Virus record (IMG/VR): IMGVR_UViG_3300025390_000006
From: an uncultured virus (IMG/VR IMGVR_UViG_3300025390_000006)
Taxonomy: Duplodnaviria; Heunggongvirae; Uroviricota; Caudoviricetes
DNA length: 20,000 bases
Reading direction: 5' to 3' (one strand)
In this document: piece after piece, positions 8,636-15,416 of the stretch
How positions within the stretch are numbered: position 1 is the first letter of the stretch
Layout of the letters: every line of letters begins with the position of its first letter
Notes under the pieces: model-generated
What the model saw: the letters and a program-made list of their open reading frames with translations, nothing else
The model's database searches: none
Told to the model about the DNA's origin: nothing
Position numbers and translations under genes: made by a program

Positions 8636-9114
8636 GCGTAAGCCTTTCTATTTGGAATTGTGTAAATACGGAAATGATACGGACACCATGATTTGCTTGG
8701 GACTACGGGATGCCCGCAGTACAGCGTATCCATGTGCTTTATTGGCCCCACAATAGCCCTACATTCAAAATACCGCAGGTTGTCCAATGTTTTATTGAGC
8801 GGGACGAAGTTTTCATCTTTGTGCGTCTCAAAGGTCTTTATCGGCGGTAAGCGAACTGGCTTAGGGTTCTTTATATTAAAGGAAGCACCCTTCCTTTTCT
8901 CCCTCTCTTTTCTGGGTAGTGCATGCGGCAACTGCTCCTTGGGGAGTGTCCTTTGCAGGAGTGGTATCCCCTTCCGATGACATATACCGATAACGGAGTT
9001 TTTATTCCGCCCCACTAATTCAAGCGCGATGTTCTTCGCGGAGTATCCTTTGGAGGCTAAGTCCGATACGAACTTAATCTCCTCCCATGTCCAAGGTTTT
9101 ACTTGTTGTACCAT
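8632..9114 (-). CDS. gcrA: GcrA-like cell cycle regulator
   Basis: N-terminal WT.EEI...GYSAKNIA.EL.GRNKNSVIGICHR; C-terminal L...ECR..VG...YCG.......WCPYH; start at 9114 after AACGGGG. Confidence 0.85.
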   Translation of the reverse strand: MVQQVKPWTWEEIKFVSDLASKGYSAKNIALELVGRNKNSVIGICHRKGIPLLQRTLPKEQLPHALPRKEREKRKGASFNIKNPKPVRLPPIKTFETHKDENFVPLNKTLDNLRYFECRAIVGPIKHMDTLYCGHPVVPSKSWCPYHFRIYTIPNRKAYA

Positions 9115-9138
9115 TTTCAATTTCCCCGTTATTGATGC

Positions 9139-9172
9139 TTGACAGATAAACATACAGTTGATAAGTTGTCAA
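9139..9172. promoter_or_regulatory. Overlapping divergent promoters between gcrA and the cro-like gene
   Basis: TTGACA(9139)-17-TAAGTT(9162) on +; inverted TTGACA at 9172-9167 on -. Confidence 0.6.
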
Positions 9173-9190
9173 CATAGTTTGGAGAAACAA

Positions 9191-9466
9191 ATGGTTCATA
9201 TGATTGCACAACGGGTAATTAAGAAGCTGGGCGGCCCCCGCGTCGTTGCGGATATGTTAGCGATGTCTACACAAGCGGTATACAAATGGACGTGGCCTAC
9301 GGAGAAAGGTGGGACGGGTGGTTTCATCCCAGCCCGCCGCCAGATCGAATTAATGGTTGCGTCAAAGCAACGTGGGATTATCTTAACCAAAGACGATTTT
9401 TTCCCGAAGGATGCCGATGATGCCGCCGAAATACAAAGTGAGCCCCAAGGCCGACCGCACGTTTGA
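9191..9466 (+). CDS. Cro-like HTH regulator
   Basis: VIKKLGGPRVVADML......VYKW.....GGTGG.IP pattern; GGAG SD. Confidence 0.75.
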   Translation: MVHMIAQRVIKKLGGPRVVADMLAMSTQAVYKWTWPTEKGGTGGFIPARRQIELMVASKQRGIILTKDDFFPKDADDAAEIQSEPQGRPHV

Positions 9467-9821
9467 TGGGATTACGTTTGACTCAAAGGGTGAGGCCAAG
9501 CGTTATCTTGAACTGAAACTGGCGGAAAAGGGTGGTTTGATTCAGGATCTGCAATTGCAGTATGGATTTGATGTGTACATTAATGATCAGAAATATTGTA
9601 CATACACTTGCGATTTTTCGTACATTGATACGAAAAGTGGGAAAGTGATTTACGAAGAGGTAAAATCAACGGGGTCGGTCAAAGATGCGGCATATCGTCT
9701 CAGGAAGAAAGCCGCCGAATTGTACCACGGGGTCAAGATTACGGAATACCTTATTGGATGGAATCCGAAGTTGACCCGAAAGAAGAAACGGGTTAAAAAG
9801 ATAAGCAGCCCCGACGACTAA
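9417..9821 (+). CDS. DUF1064 family putative endonuclease
   Basis: DGITFDSKGEAKRY.EL, Y.CDF.Y, EEVK, Y.L.KK; start could be 9411/9417/9420. Confidence 0.85.
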   Translation: MMPPKYKVSPKADRTFDGITFDSKGEAKRYLELKLAEKGGLIQDLQLQYGFDVYINDQKYCTYTCDFSYIDTKSGKVIYEEVKSTGSVKDAAYRLRKKAAELYHGVKITEYLIGWNPKLTRKKKRVKKISSPDD

Positions 9822-9946
9822 TCGGGACTGCTCTAATGGGTGACGGCCCTGCAAGGCCTAATCCTCAAACTTGGTCGTCGCGGAAGTTCAGGACTGTTCC
9901 CCATATAGTCCAAAAACGACCGCCTTACAATAGGTAGTAGGTCGTT

Positions 9947-10864
9947 ATGTCTTTCCAATCTATGGCTTGGGCCACATCTCAGAAATTAGAACGTGCAACT
10001 GATAAGTACTTGCTTATCATGCTTGCAAATTACGCCAATTCCGATGGCGAATGCTACCCATCTATTGAACGAATCAGTGAAGACACCGCCATGGATCGTA
10101 AGACCGTGATGAAGTGTTTTGCGAATTTGATTGAATTGGGATTGATCGTTGACACGGGAAAACGTGTTGGGGCGCGGAAAAATACTAAAGTAGTTCGCTT
10201 AAATGCTAACCACTCAACAAGTACCGTTTTTCCCACTGACACATCCCAAAATTGGTACAGTAACCTATCAGGGAACCAAGATACAACTCCTACGGAGTTG
10301 GAAGATCCACTACTTAGCATTTTTGACACTCCCGAAGAGCCGCCAGTAAATAACACCAAGGCATTCTGGGATCAGGCGGTGGGAATGCTAATATCGTTAG
10401 GGGTCGCAAAGGCTACCGTAAACTCATTCGTTGGCCGCTGTCTCAAAATGACGGGGCAAGATGAAGAAAGGGTAATGGATGCAATTCAGGCGGCTGTAGA
10501 TGCGGAGCCGCACGATGCCATCCCGTACATCGTCGCCATCTTAGGAGGCGGCAAAAAGAAATCTAAAACTGCGAAGGAAAAGGAAATTGAGGATGCATTC
10601 GCAAGACTTGAAGAAGCAAGCGAAAGGAGAAAAGCGAAGTGGAGGGAGCAATACGGCACAGAATACGGAATTATCCCTGACGCCGGAACAGGCGGTCAGA
10701 AAAATAATGAGGTGCTACAACCTCAACCACATCCCGAATCCATCCCTGATGATGGAGAACGCGGCGGAAGCGTTAGGAAAGTTCCCGCCAGAAGTCCTGC
10801 AACGGTTGTCAGACCCAGCAGAGGGTATTTTAGCGAAGGCGAAATTTCCCCCGACGATTTCTGA
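9947..10864 (+). CDS. Phage replication initiator-like protein with N-terminal HTH
   Basis: MSFQSMAWA...KYLLIMLANYAN..GECYPSIERISEDT.M.RKTV...L.ELGLI (HTH_36-like). Confidence 0.8.
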   Translation: MSFQSMAWATSQKLERATDKYLLIMLANYANSDGECYPSIERISEDTAMDRKTVMKCFANLIELGLIVDTGKRVGARKNTKVVRLNANHSTSTVFPTDTSQNWYSNLSGNQDTTPTELEDPLLSIFDTPEEPPVNNTKAFWDQAVGMLISLGVAKATVNSFVGRCLKMTGQDEERVMDAIQAAVDAEPHDAIPYIVAILGGGKKKSKTAKEKEIEDAFARLEEASERRKAKWREQYGTEYGIIPDAGTGGQKNNEVLQPQPHPESIPDDGERGGSVRKVPARSPATVVRPSRGYFSEGEISPDDF

Positions 10865-10919
10865 ATTGGTGTCGGAGGCGGAAAGCTACATGAAACGTAT
10901 AAGCAAGAACTTTGTTTAA
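10653..10919 (+). CDS. Conserved-looking replication-associated protein overlapping the initiator C-terminus
   Basis: L.KFP.EVL.RLSDP..GI....KFPPTISEL motif; start ambiguous (TTG 10587, ACG 10653 after GGAGG, ATG 10707). Confidence 0.6.
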   Translation, partial: TAQNTELSLTPEQAVRKIMRCYNLNHIPNPSLMMENAAEALGKFPPEVLQRLSDPAEGILAKAKFPPTISELVSEAESYMKRISKNFV

Positions 10920-10931
10920 CAGGAGAGTAAA

Positions 10932-11294
10932 ATGGATATGATGAAGCAGAAGACCGAAAGTGGAATTGTTGAAGAGGTACTATCCTCCCGCGAAAAAAAT
11001 TATGGGCCATTTCGGGATGTAGCGAAAACAACGCAAAATTTTAAGAAAATTTTATACGAATCCAAAAATTGGAGGCACCTATCTGATTCTCATAAGGAGG
11101 GGTTAGAGATGATCGTAAATAAAATTTCGCGGATGTTAAATGGTAACCATAAATATCTTGACAACATTATTGACATCATGGGATACTCCGCATTATTAAA
11201 GCTGGATATTGAGGAAAGGGAACTTGACAGGGTAAAGCAGGATATCGTTTCCCAAATGCCCGCCGCCAACGTTCCACAATTTATTAAGAGTTGA
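10932..11294 (+). CDS. DUF6378-like protein
   Basis: R..NYG.F, EGLEMI..KISR.LNG, DI.GYS.L; AGGAG SD. Confidence 0.75.
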   Translation: MDMMKQKTESGIVEEVLSSREKNYGPFRDVAKTTQNFKKILYESKNWRHLSDSHKEGLEMIVNKISRMLNGNHKYLDNIIDIMGYSALLKLDIEERELDRVKQDIVSQMPAANVPQFIKS

Positions 11295-11295
11295 A

Positions 11296-11841
11296 ATGAG
11301 AAAAAAGAGAAAACAAAAGTGGGAAAATCCTACAGGTACAAGGACATATAACGCTTGGAAATCAATGAGAAATCGTTGCGATCCAAATTCAAAACATGTT
11401 TCAAAAGATCGGTATGTTGGTTTGGGCTATTGCCCTGAATGGGAAAGCTACGACAAGTTTTTCCAAGATATGGGACCACGCCCAGAGAGAACGTCATTAG
11501 ACAGGATTGATAACACTAAAGGATATTATCCTGAAAATTGTCGTTGGGCTTCCATGAAAGAACAAATGCGTAATAGGTCGGATAACAGATTAATCACGCA
11601 CAATGGGGAAACCCTACCATTATGTGATTGGGCTGAAAAATTAGGAATACGGGCGGACACACTTTGGAGGCGTTTAATTCGTATGCCGCCCGAAGAAGCT
11701 TTAGTTTCAGGAGATTTAAGGGATTACATAAAATGGGAACATGGGACAAGGGTATGTTATGAGCGGCATAAATGCAGATGTACTGCTTGTAAAAATTATA
11801 ACGCAGAAAGAGCCAGAGAATATCGCAGGAGGCAAAAATGA
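11296..11841 (+). CDS. HNH-type homing endonuclease-like protein with C-terminal Cys/His module
   Basis: TYNAW.SM..RC, C.EW..Y..F..DMG.RP, SLDRIDN.KGY.PENCRWA; HGT..CY....CRC..C. Confidence 0.8.
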   Translation: MRKKRKQKWENPTGTRTYNAWKSMRNRCDPNSKHVSKDRYVGLGYCPEWESYDKFFQDMGPRPERTSLDRIDNTKGYYPENCRWASMKEQMRNRSDNRLITHNGETLPLCDWAEKLGIRADTLWRRLIRMPPEEALVSGDLRDYIKWEHGTRVCYERHKCRCTACKNYNAERAREYRRRQK

Positions 11842-12218
11842 TTGATCTTTCAAAAGTTAACAATGAAGATTTAATTAATGACACTTTAGTCAAACTATCA
11901 GCAGATGAACGTCAGGCTGCAATTGATGCAGGAATTACAATTGAGGAGTATGCGAAGGAAAAAGCCCTTCATATTATTGGTTTGCGGAAATCCAAATTTG
12001 AATGGAAAACAATGGATACGGCTCCCAAAGACCGCATGATATTATTGGGCGGCAGGGATGAAGAGGGCAATGGCTGGGTAGAGACTGGCTATTGGGAGCC
12101 TTACGATATGTGGCCGGAGGATTCTGGGGCGGAAGGTGCGAAGCCTGATGCAGAATGGTCATGGGGCGTTTGGTTTGCTCCTAAATGGTGGATGGAATTA
12201 CCGGAGTTACCGAAATGA
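11838..12218 (+). CDS. DUF551-like protein with N-terminal helical module
   Basis: WKTMDTAPKD...P.WWMELPELP. Confidence 0.7.
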   Translation: MIDLSKVNNEDLINDTLVKLSADERQAAIDAGITIEEYAKEKALHIIGLRKSKFEWKTMDTAPKDRMILLGGRDEEGNGWVETGYWEPYDMWPEDSGAEGAKPDAEWSWGVWFAPKWWMELPELPK

Positions 12219-12439
12219 CTGACACCCCACATTATGTGACGCCTGAAGAGGCTGAAAAAATGGGATGCTGCATGAGTATGAATAGGCCAGAATTTGCTGC
12301 TTCATGTATTGGCAAAACGTGCATGGCTTGGCGGTGGGTTAATTTAATTAAAGAAGTAAAAGATACAGACGATTGCGTGATACGCGAAGGACTATTTAGT
12401 ACAACCCACGGCTATTGCGGGATGGTGCGTCATGACTGA
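12215..12439 (+). CDS. Cys-rich phage hypothetical protein
   Basis: ATGA overlap; TPEEA...CC...CIGKTCMAWRW...HGYCG. Confidence 0.75.
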   Translation: MTDTPHYVTPEEAEKMGCCMSMNRPEFAASCIGKTCMAWRWVNLIKEVKDTDDCVIREGLFSTTHGYCGMVRHD

Positions 12440-12644
12440 TTGGCAACCAATAGAAACCTGCCCAAAAGATGAATGGGTATTAGTTTGTGAACCCGGCTGT
12501 CATCTTATGGTTGCCAAATGGATTTACGCAGACCAATGGCAATATGCCCAAATTGATGATCCTAAATTTTATTTAAGTTGCCGCCCTACCCATTGGATGA
12601 TGTTGCCCATATGTCCTGCTGATTGGGAGGGCGGTCATGACTGA
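12432..12644 (+). CDS. DUF551-like protein
   Basis: MTDWQPIETCPKD...PTHWMMLP. Confidence 0.8.
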   Translation: MTDWQPIETCPKDEWVLVCEPGCHLMVAKWIYADQWQYAQIDDPKFYLSCRPTHWMMLPICPADWEGGHD

Positions 12645-12924
12645 CATGGAACGAATAGCCGATTTACTTTTACCCCGTGTTCGGGGGTTGGAAATTGAAA
12701 TACTGAAGCCTGTATACCCTGATGTATATACCAATTTGGATTTGATTGAAGATAATCTGGTTGTAATCGTTCAGACATCTGAAGACCCATTATTGATACA
12801 GGGTTATACGATTTTGTTTAAATCAGAAGTGGAAGACGGCACTTGGAAAGATGTGGTTGTGCAAAGGATAAAGGATAAATTTAAACTTCTGGCGGCGTGG
12901 AAGAACGGGGAAACGGTGCAATGA
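12637..12924 (+). CDS. Hypothetical protein
   Basis: GGAGG SD, ATGACTGA overlap, 95 aa. Confidence 0.7.
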   Translation: MTDMERIADLLLPRVRGLEIEILKPVYPDVYTNLDLIEDNLVVIVQTSEDPLLIQGYTILFKSEVEDGTWKDVVVQRIKDKFKLLAAWKNGETVQ

Positions 12925-13040
12925 GAAAGTGGATAGTCCGCCATGAACGGGACGGCGACAACATATCTGCGCTGTGGGAAAACGAAGACGGCGACAGGTG
13001 GTATGTGCAGGTTGTTATTAACGGGGAGGTGCAGTGGTAA
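12921..13040 (+). CDS. Small hypothetical protein (39 aa, not in the ORF track)
   Basis: MRKWIVRHERDGDNISALWENEDGDRWYVQVVINGEVQW; ATGA and TAATG overlaps fill the gap exactly. Confidence 0.7.
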   Translation: MRKWIVRHERDGDNISALWENEDGDRWYVQVVINGEVQW

Positions 13041-13336
13041 TGGATATTGTTGAACGGTTGCGGCGCATAAATGCTTTTCTTCATGTCACAGAAGACGAGC
13101 CAGAATATGATTACAAACTTTCGTATGAAGCCGCCAATGAAATTGAACGGCTGCGGGGTTCATATGAAGACTGCATCAATGCTGTTGATACTATAATCAA
13201 TGACGGAATGACTGAGCCAGCAAAATTTGCCAAAATTCAATATAGTGGGTTTACCGCGTATAACTACATGATTGCAATGGCGGAAGATATAAAAGATGAA
13301 ATTAAAAAACGGGCCGCACTAAAGGAGGGTGAGTGA
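13040..13336 (+). CDS. Array cassette 1, MDIVERLR family
   Basis: MDIVERLR...EAANEIERLR...AALKEGE. Confidence 0.8.
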   Translation: MDIVERLRRINAFLHVTEDEPEYDYKLSYEAANEIERLRGSYEDCINAVDTIINDGMTEPAKFAKIQYSGFTAYNYMIAMAEDIKDEIKKRAALKEGE

Positions 13337-13536
13337 TGGATATTGTAGAACAATTACGCAAAAGCGCAAATACTGTTTACTCCCAAGATGGCTATACGTT
13401 TCGCCTTGGATTGCAGAACGAAGCCGCCAATGAGATTGAACAATTGCGGGATGCTTTGCGATGGGCTTTGCCTTATGTAAAAAACGATGAAAGAGTTAAG
13501 GCTATTGTTCTCGCTGCACTGAAGGAGGGTGAGTGA
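13336..13536 (+). CDS. Array cassette 2, MDIVERLR family
   Basis: MDIVEQLR...EAANEIEQLR...AALKEGE. Confidence 0.8.
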   Translation: MDIVEQLRKSANTVYSQDGYTFRLGLQNEAANEIEQLRDALRWALPYVKNDERVKAIVLAALKEGE

Positions 13537-13730
13537 TGGATATTGTAGAACGGTTAGAAGAGCATCTGCGTTTTAATGGCAAAGATCAGTTATCCCGTGA
13601 TGCAAAAAGCGCGATTGAACGGTTGCGGGAAGCGTTACGTTATATTTTAACGCACTGCGAATCTGATAGCCCACCGAATGCCAAAGCACTTATACTTTTT
13701 GTCAACAACGCACTGAAGGAGGGTGAGTGA
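13536..13730 (+). CDS. Array cassette 3, MDIVERLR family
   Basis: MDIVERLE...AIERLREAL...ALKEGE. Confidence 0.8.
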   Translation: MDIVERLEEHLRFNGKDQLSRDAKSAIERLREALRYILTHCESDSPPNAKALILFVNNALKEGE

Positions 13731-14050
13731 TGGATATTGTTGAACGGTTGCGGGATCGTAAAGAAACAATTATTGGGTGGGTTGTTAATTTTGATACATG
13801 TGAAGCCGCTGATGAAATTGAACGGTTGCGGGAAGCGTTAAATATTTTCATGGCGGTAGACCCCGATAAGACCAGCAACTGGTTGTATAAGCGGGAAAAA
13901 GCAGAAGCACTTGTCAAGGAATCCTTGTCAACTGGTAAGCAATTCTTACAAGTTTGGCCGTGGAAATGCCCTATCGGAAAAACAGATTGCAATGAAAATT
14001 GTGGAAGATATGGTTGGGCAATTAGCCCGTGCCGCACTGAAGGAGGGTGA
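13730..14050 (+). CDS. Array cassette 4, MDIVERLR family with Cys-rich tail; reads the end repeat out of frame
   Basis: MDIVERLR...EAADEIERLREAL...WPWKCPIGKTDCNENCG...RTEGG. Confidence 0.75.
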   Translation: MDIVERLRDRKETIIGWVVNFDTCEAADEIERLREALNIFMAVDPDKTSNWLYKREKAEALVKESLSTGKQFLQVWPWKCPIGKTDCNENCGRYGWAISPCRTEGG

Positions 14051-14053
14051 GTG

Positions 14054-14128
14054 ATGTCAGACCATGCGATTGAATTTATATGCAATACGGTTTTCTGGAT
14101 AGTTCTTGTATATTTATGGTTTCGTTGA
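14054..14128 (+). CDS. Array cassette 5, unrelated 24 aa hydrophobic peptide
   Basis: MSDHAIEFICNTVFWIVLVYLWFR between two junction repeats; SD and ATG supplied by the repeat. Confidence 0.6.
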   Translation: MSDHAIEFICNTVFWIVLVYLWFR

Positions 14129-14141
14129 AGGAGGGTGAGTG

Positions 14142-14399
14142 ATGGATATTGTAGAACGGTTGCGGCAAGAAATTGCTGGGTACACAGACGGCCCAATTGA
14201 GGCGGCTGAAGCAACGATGCATGAAGCCGCCGATGAGATTGAACGGCTGCGCATTAATATGTATCAAGCAATGCATCATGCTGCTGAAATTTGGAAGGAA
14301 AATGGGAAAAAATTAGACGACCAACTTGGCGTTGTTGCTTTGATATTAGCCAATGGATTAGGCATTATCCCTGACGCCGCACTGAAGGAGGGTGAGTGA
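14142..14399 (+). CDS. Array cassette 6, MDIVERLR family
   Basis: MDIVERLR...EAADEIERLR...AALKEGE. Confidence 0.8.
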   Translation: MDIVERLRQEIAGYTDGPIEAAEATMHEAADEIERLRINMYQAMHHAAEIWKENGKKLDDQLGVVALILANGLGIIPDAALKEGE

Positions 14400-14683
14400 T
14401 GGACATTGTTGAACAATTACGCAAATGTGCAAATACTATTTACCATCAAGATGGTTACACGTTTCGCCTTGGATTGCAGAACGAAGCTGCCGATGAGATT
14501 GAACGGTTGCGGCAAGCATTACAATTAATTGCGGATCATCCCGTTGAACAATCTGGGCAATGGCAGGTTGGTGCAAAAGAAATGCAAAATATAGCTAATT
14601 CCGCGTTAAAAGATCCTGCCGCCTTGGGCTATGGGATCGTTAAAAAAGTATTGAAAGATCATGGTCTTTGGGAGGGTGAGTGA
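14399..14683 (+). CDS. Array cassette 7, MDIVERLR family
   Basis: N-terminal 38 codons nearly identical to cassette 2; ends WEGE. Confidence 0.8.
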   Translation: MDIVEQLRKCANTIYHQDGYTFRLGLQNEAADEIERLRQALQLIADHPVEQSGQWQVGAKEMQNIANSALKDPAALGYGIVKKVLKDHGLWEGE

Positions 14684-14925
14684 TGTGTAACAGAAAGGGC
14701 GAACCCATGACGGGATACCAAAGCAAGAAGCTATCGGCGGAAATCCGGTGGCTGGGGCCGTACCCGCCTAATACCCGCCATGCTGATCCTGAGACGATGG
14801 ATCATATCATTGACCTGCGTAAGAAATTGGCAGAGGCGGAAAGGCAGCGGGACAACGCATTGGACAGGGTCGTGTTCATGCAAAAGAAGGTGGCGGAAAT
14901 GAAGGAGGCTCTGGGCTTAAAATGA
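14683..14925 (+). CDS. Hypothetical coiled-coil protein
   Basis: Starts at the last junction repeat (alternative start MTGYQSKK at 14707). Confidence 0.7.
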   Translation: MCNRKGEPMTGYQSKKLSAEIRWLGPYPPNTRHADPETMDHIIDLRKKLAEAERQRDNALDRVVFMQKKVAEMKEALGLK

Positions 14926-15017
14926 CCAGTCTGACTACTTTAGCCGCGTTGTTTTACGTGGCGCATACGTTCTGTTGTTTTGTTTTGCTGTGCGTTTTAA
15001 TGTGGAGGAATGGATAA
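14922..15017 (+). CDS. Small hydrophobic peptide (31 aa, not in the ORF track)
   Basis: MTSLTTLAALFYVAHTFCCFVLLCVLMWRNG; ATGA and TAATG overlaps; AAGGAGG upstream. Confidence 0.55.
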   Translation: MTSLTTLAALFYVAHTFCCFVLLCVLMWRNG

Positions 15018-15217
15018 TGGCTTTTATGAACAAGAGAAGTAAAAGTGGAAGGAGGGGTGGTGGCAGTGGAACATCAAGGATTGAGATGCCAATGGTGCGT
15101 TTGGTTTCCGCTAAACAAGAACGGCGGATAGAAAAGATACGGGCGGCATTTCAGCCTGAAGCTAAACCGAAGGTAACATTACCTAAATTTTCATGGGACA
15201 AAAAAGATGACGAATAA
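15017..15217 (+). CDS. Basic hypothetical protein
   Basis: GGAGG SD, MAFMNKRSK...KVTLPKFSW. Confidence 0.7.
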   Translation: MAFMNKRSKSGRRGGGSGTSRIEMPMVRLVSAKQERRIEKIRAAFQPEAKPKVTLPKFSWDKKDDE

Positions 15218-15416
15218 CGAATTAGAGGCGGCATTACAGGAAGCAATCGCGTTGATTGCAATAGCGGTTCATATGGCGAACGATCCTGAAGATCGGTTAC
15301 AGTTTAAGGAAAAGTGGATCAATAAGGCTAACGAAGTAGTTCGGGGATATTTTGATTATGTCAAACGTGAGGCAGATAGCGCAGAAACACGGCATCAGGA
15401 TTGGATCGGAGACTAA
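15207..15416 (+). CDS. Hypothetical protein
   Basis: 69 aa helical ORF overlapping both neighbours. Confidence 0.6.
   Translation: MTNNELEAALQEAIALIAIAVHMANDPEDRLQFKEKWINKANEVVRGYFDYVKREADSAETRHQDWIGD

Larger units (their letters stand above)
13313..14685 (+). repeat. Dispersed direct junction repeat, 7 copies; consensus GCCGCACTGAAGGAGGGTGAGTGATGGATATTGT(A/T)GAAC
   Basis: Invariant core GGAGGGTGAGTGATG at 13324, 13524, 13718, 14042, 14130, 14387, 14671. Confidence 0.95.

Noticed and set aside
9947..10864. Lambda-type iteron origin inside the initiator gene
   Set aside because: No clear tandem direct or inverted repeats were visible in the central region.
13702..14279. Minus-strand ORFs 13702-14214 and 14076-14279
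   Set aside because: Antisense shadows of the array; their repeated ITHPPSVR is just the junction repeat read backwards.
13336..14512. DGR template/variable repeat pair (cassettes 2 and 7)
   Set aside because: Differences are not adenine-specific (many C/T synonymous changes) and no reverse transcriptase is present in the window.
13313..14685. CRISPR array
   Set aside because: Spacers are long and variable (period 88-324 bp) and are coupled ORFs; the repeat is not palindromic; no cas genes in the window.
13313..14685. Classical integron attC array or shufflon
   Set aside because: No RYYYAAC...GTTRRRY imperfect palindromes, repeats are all direct, and no site-specific recombinase is in the window.
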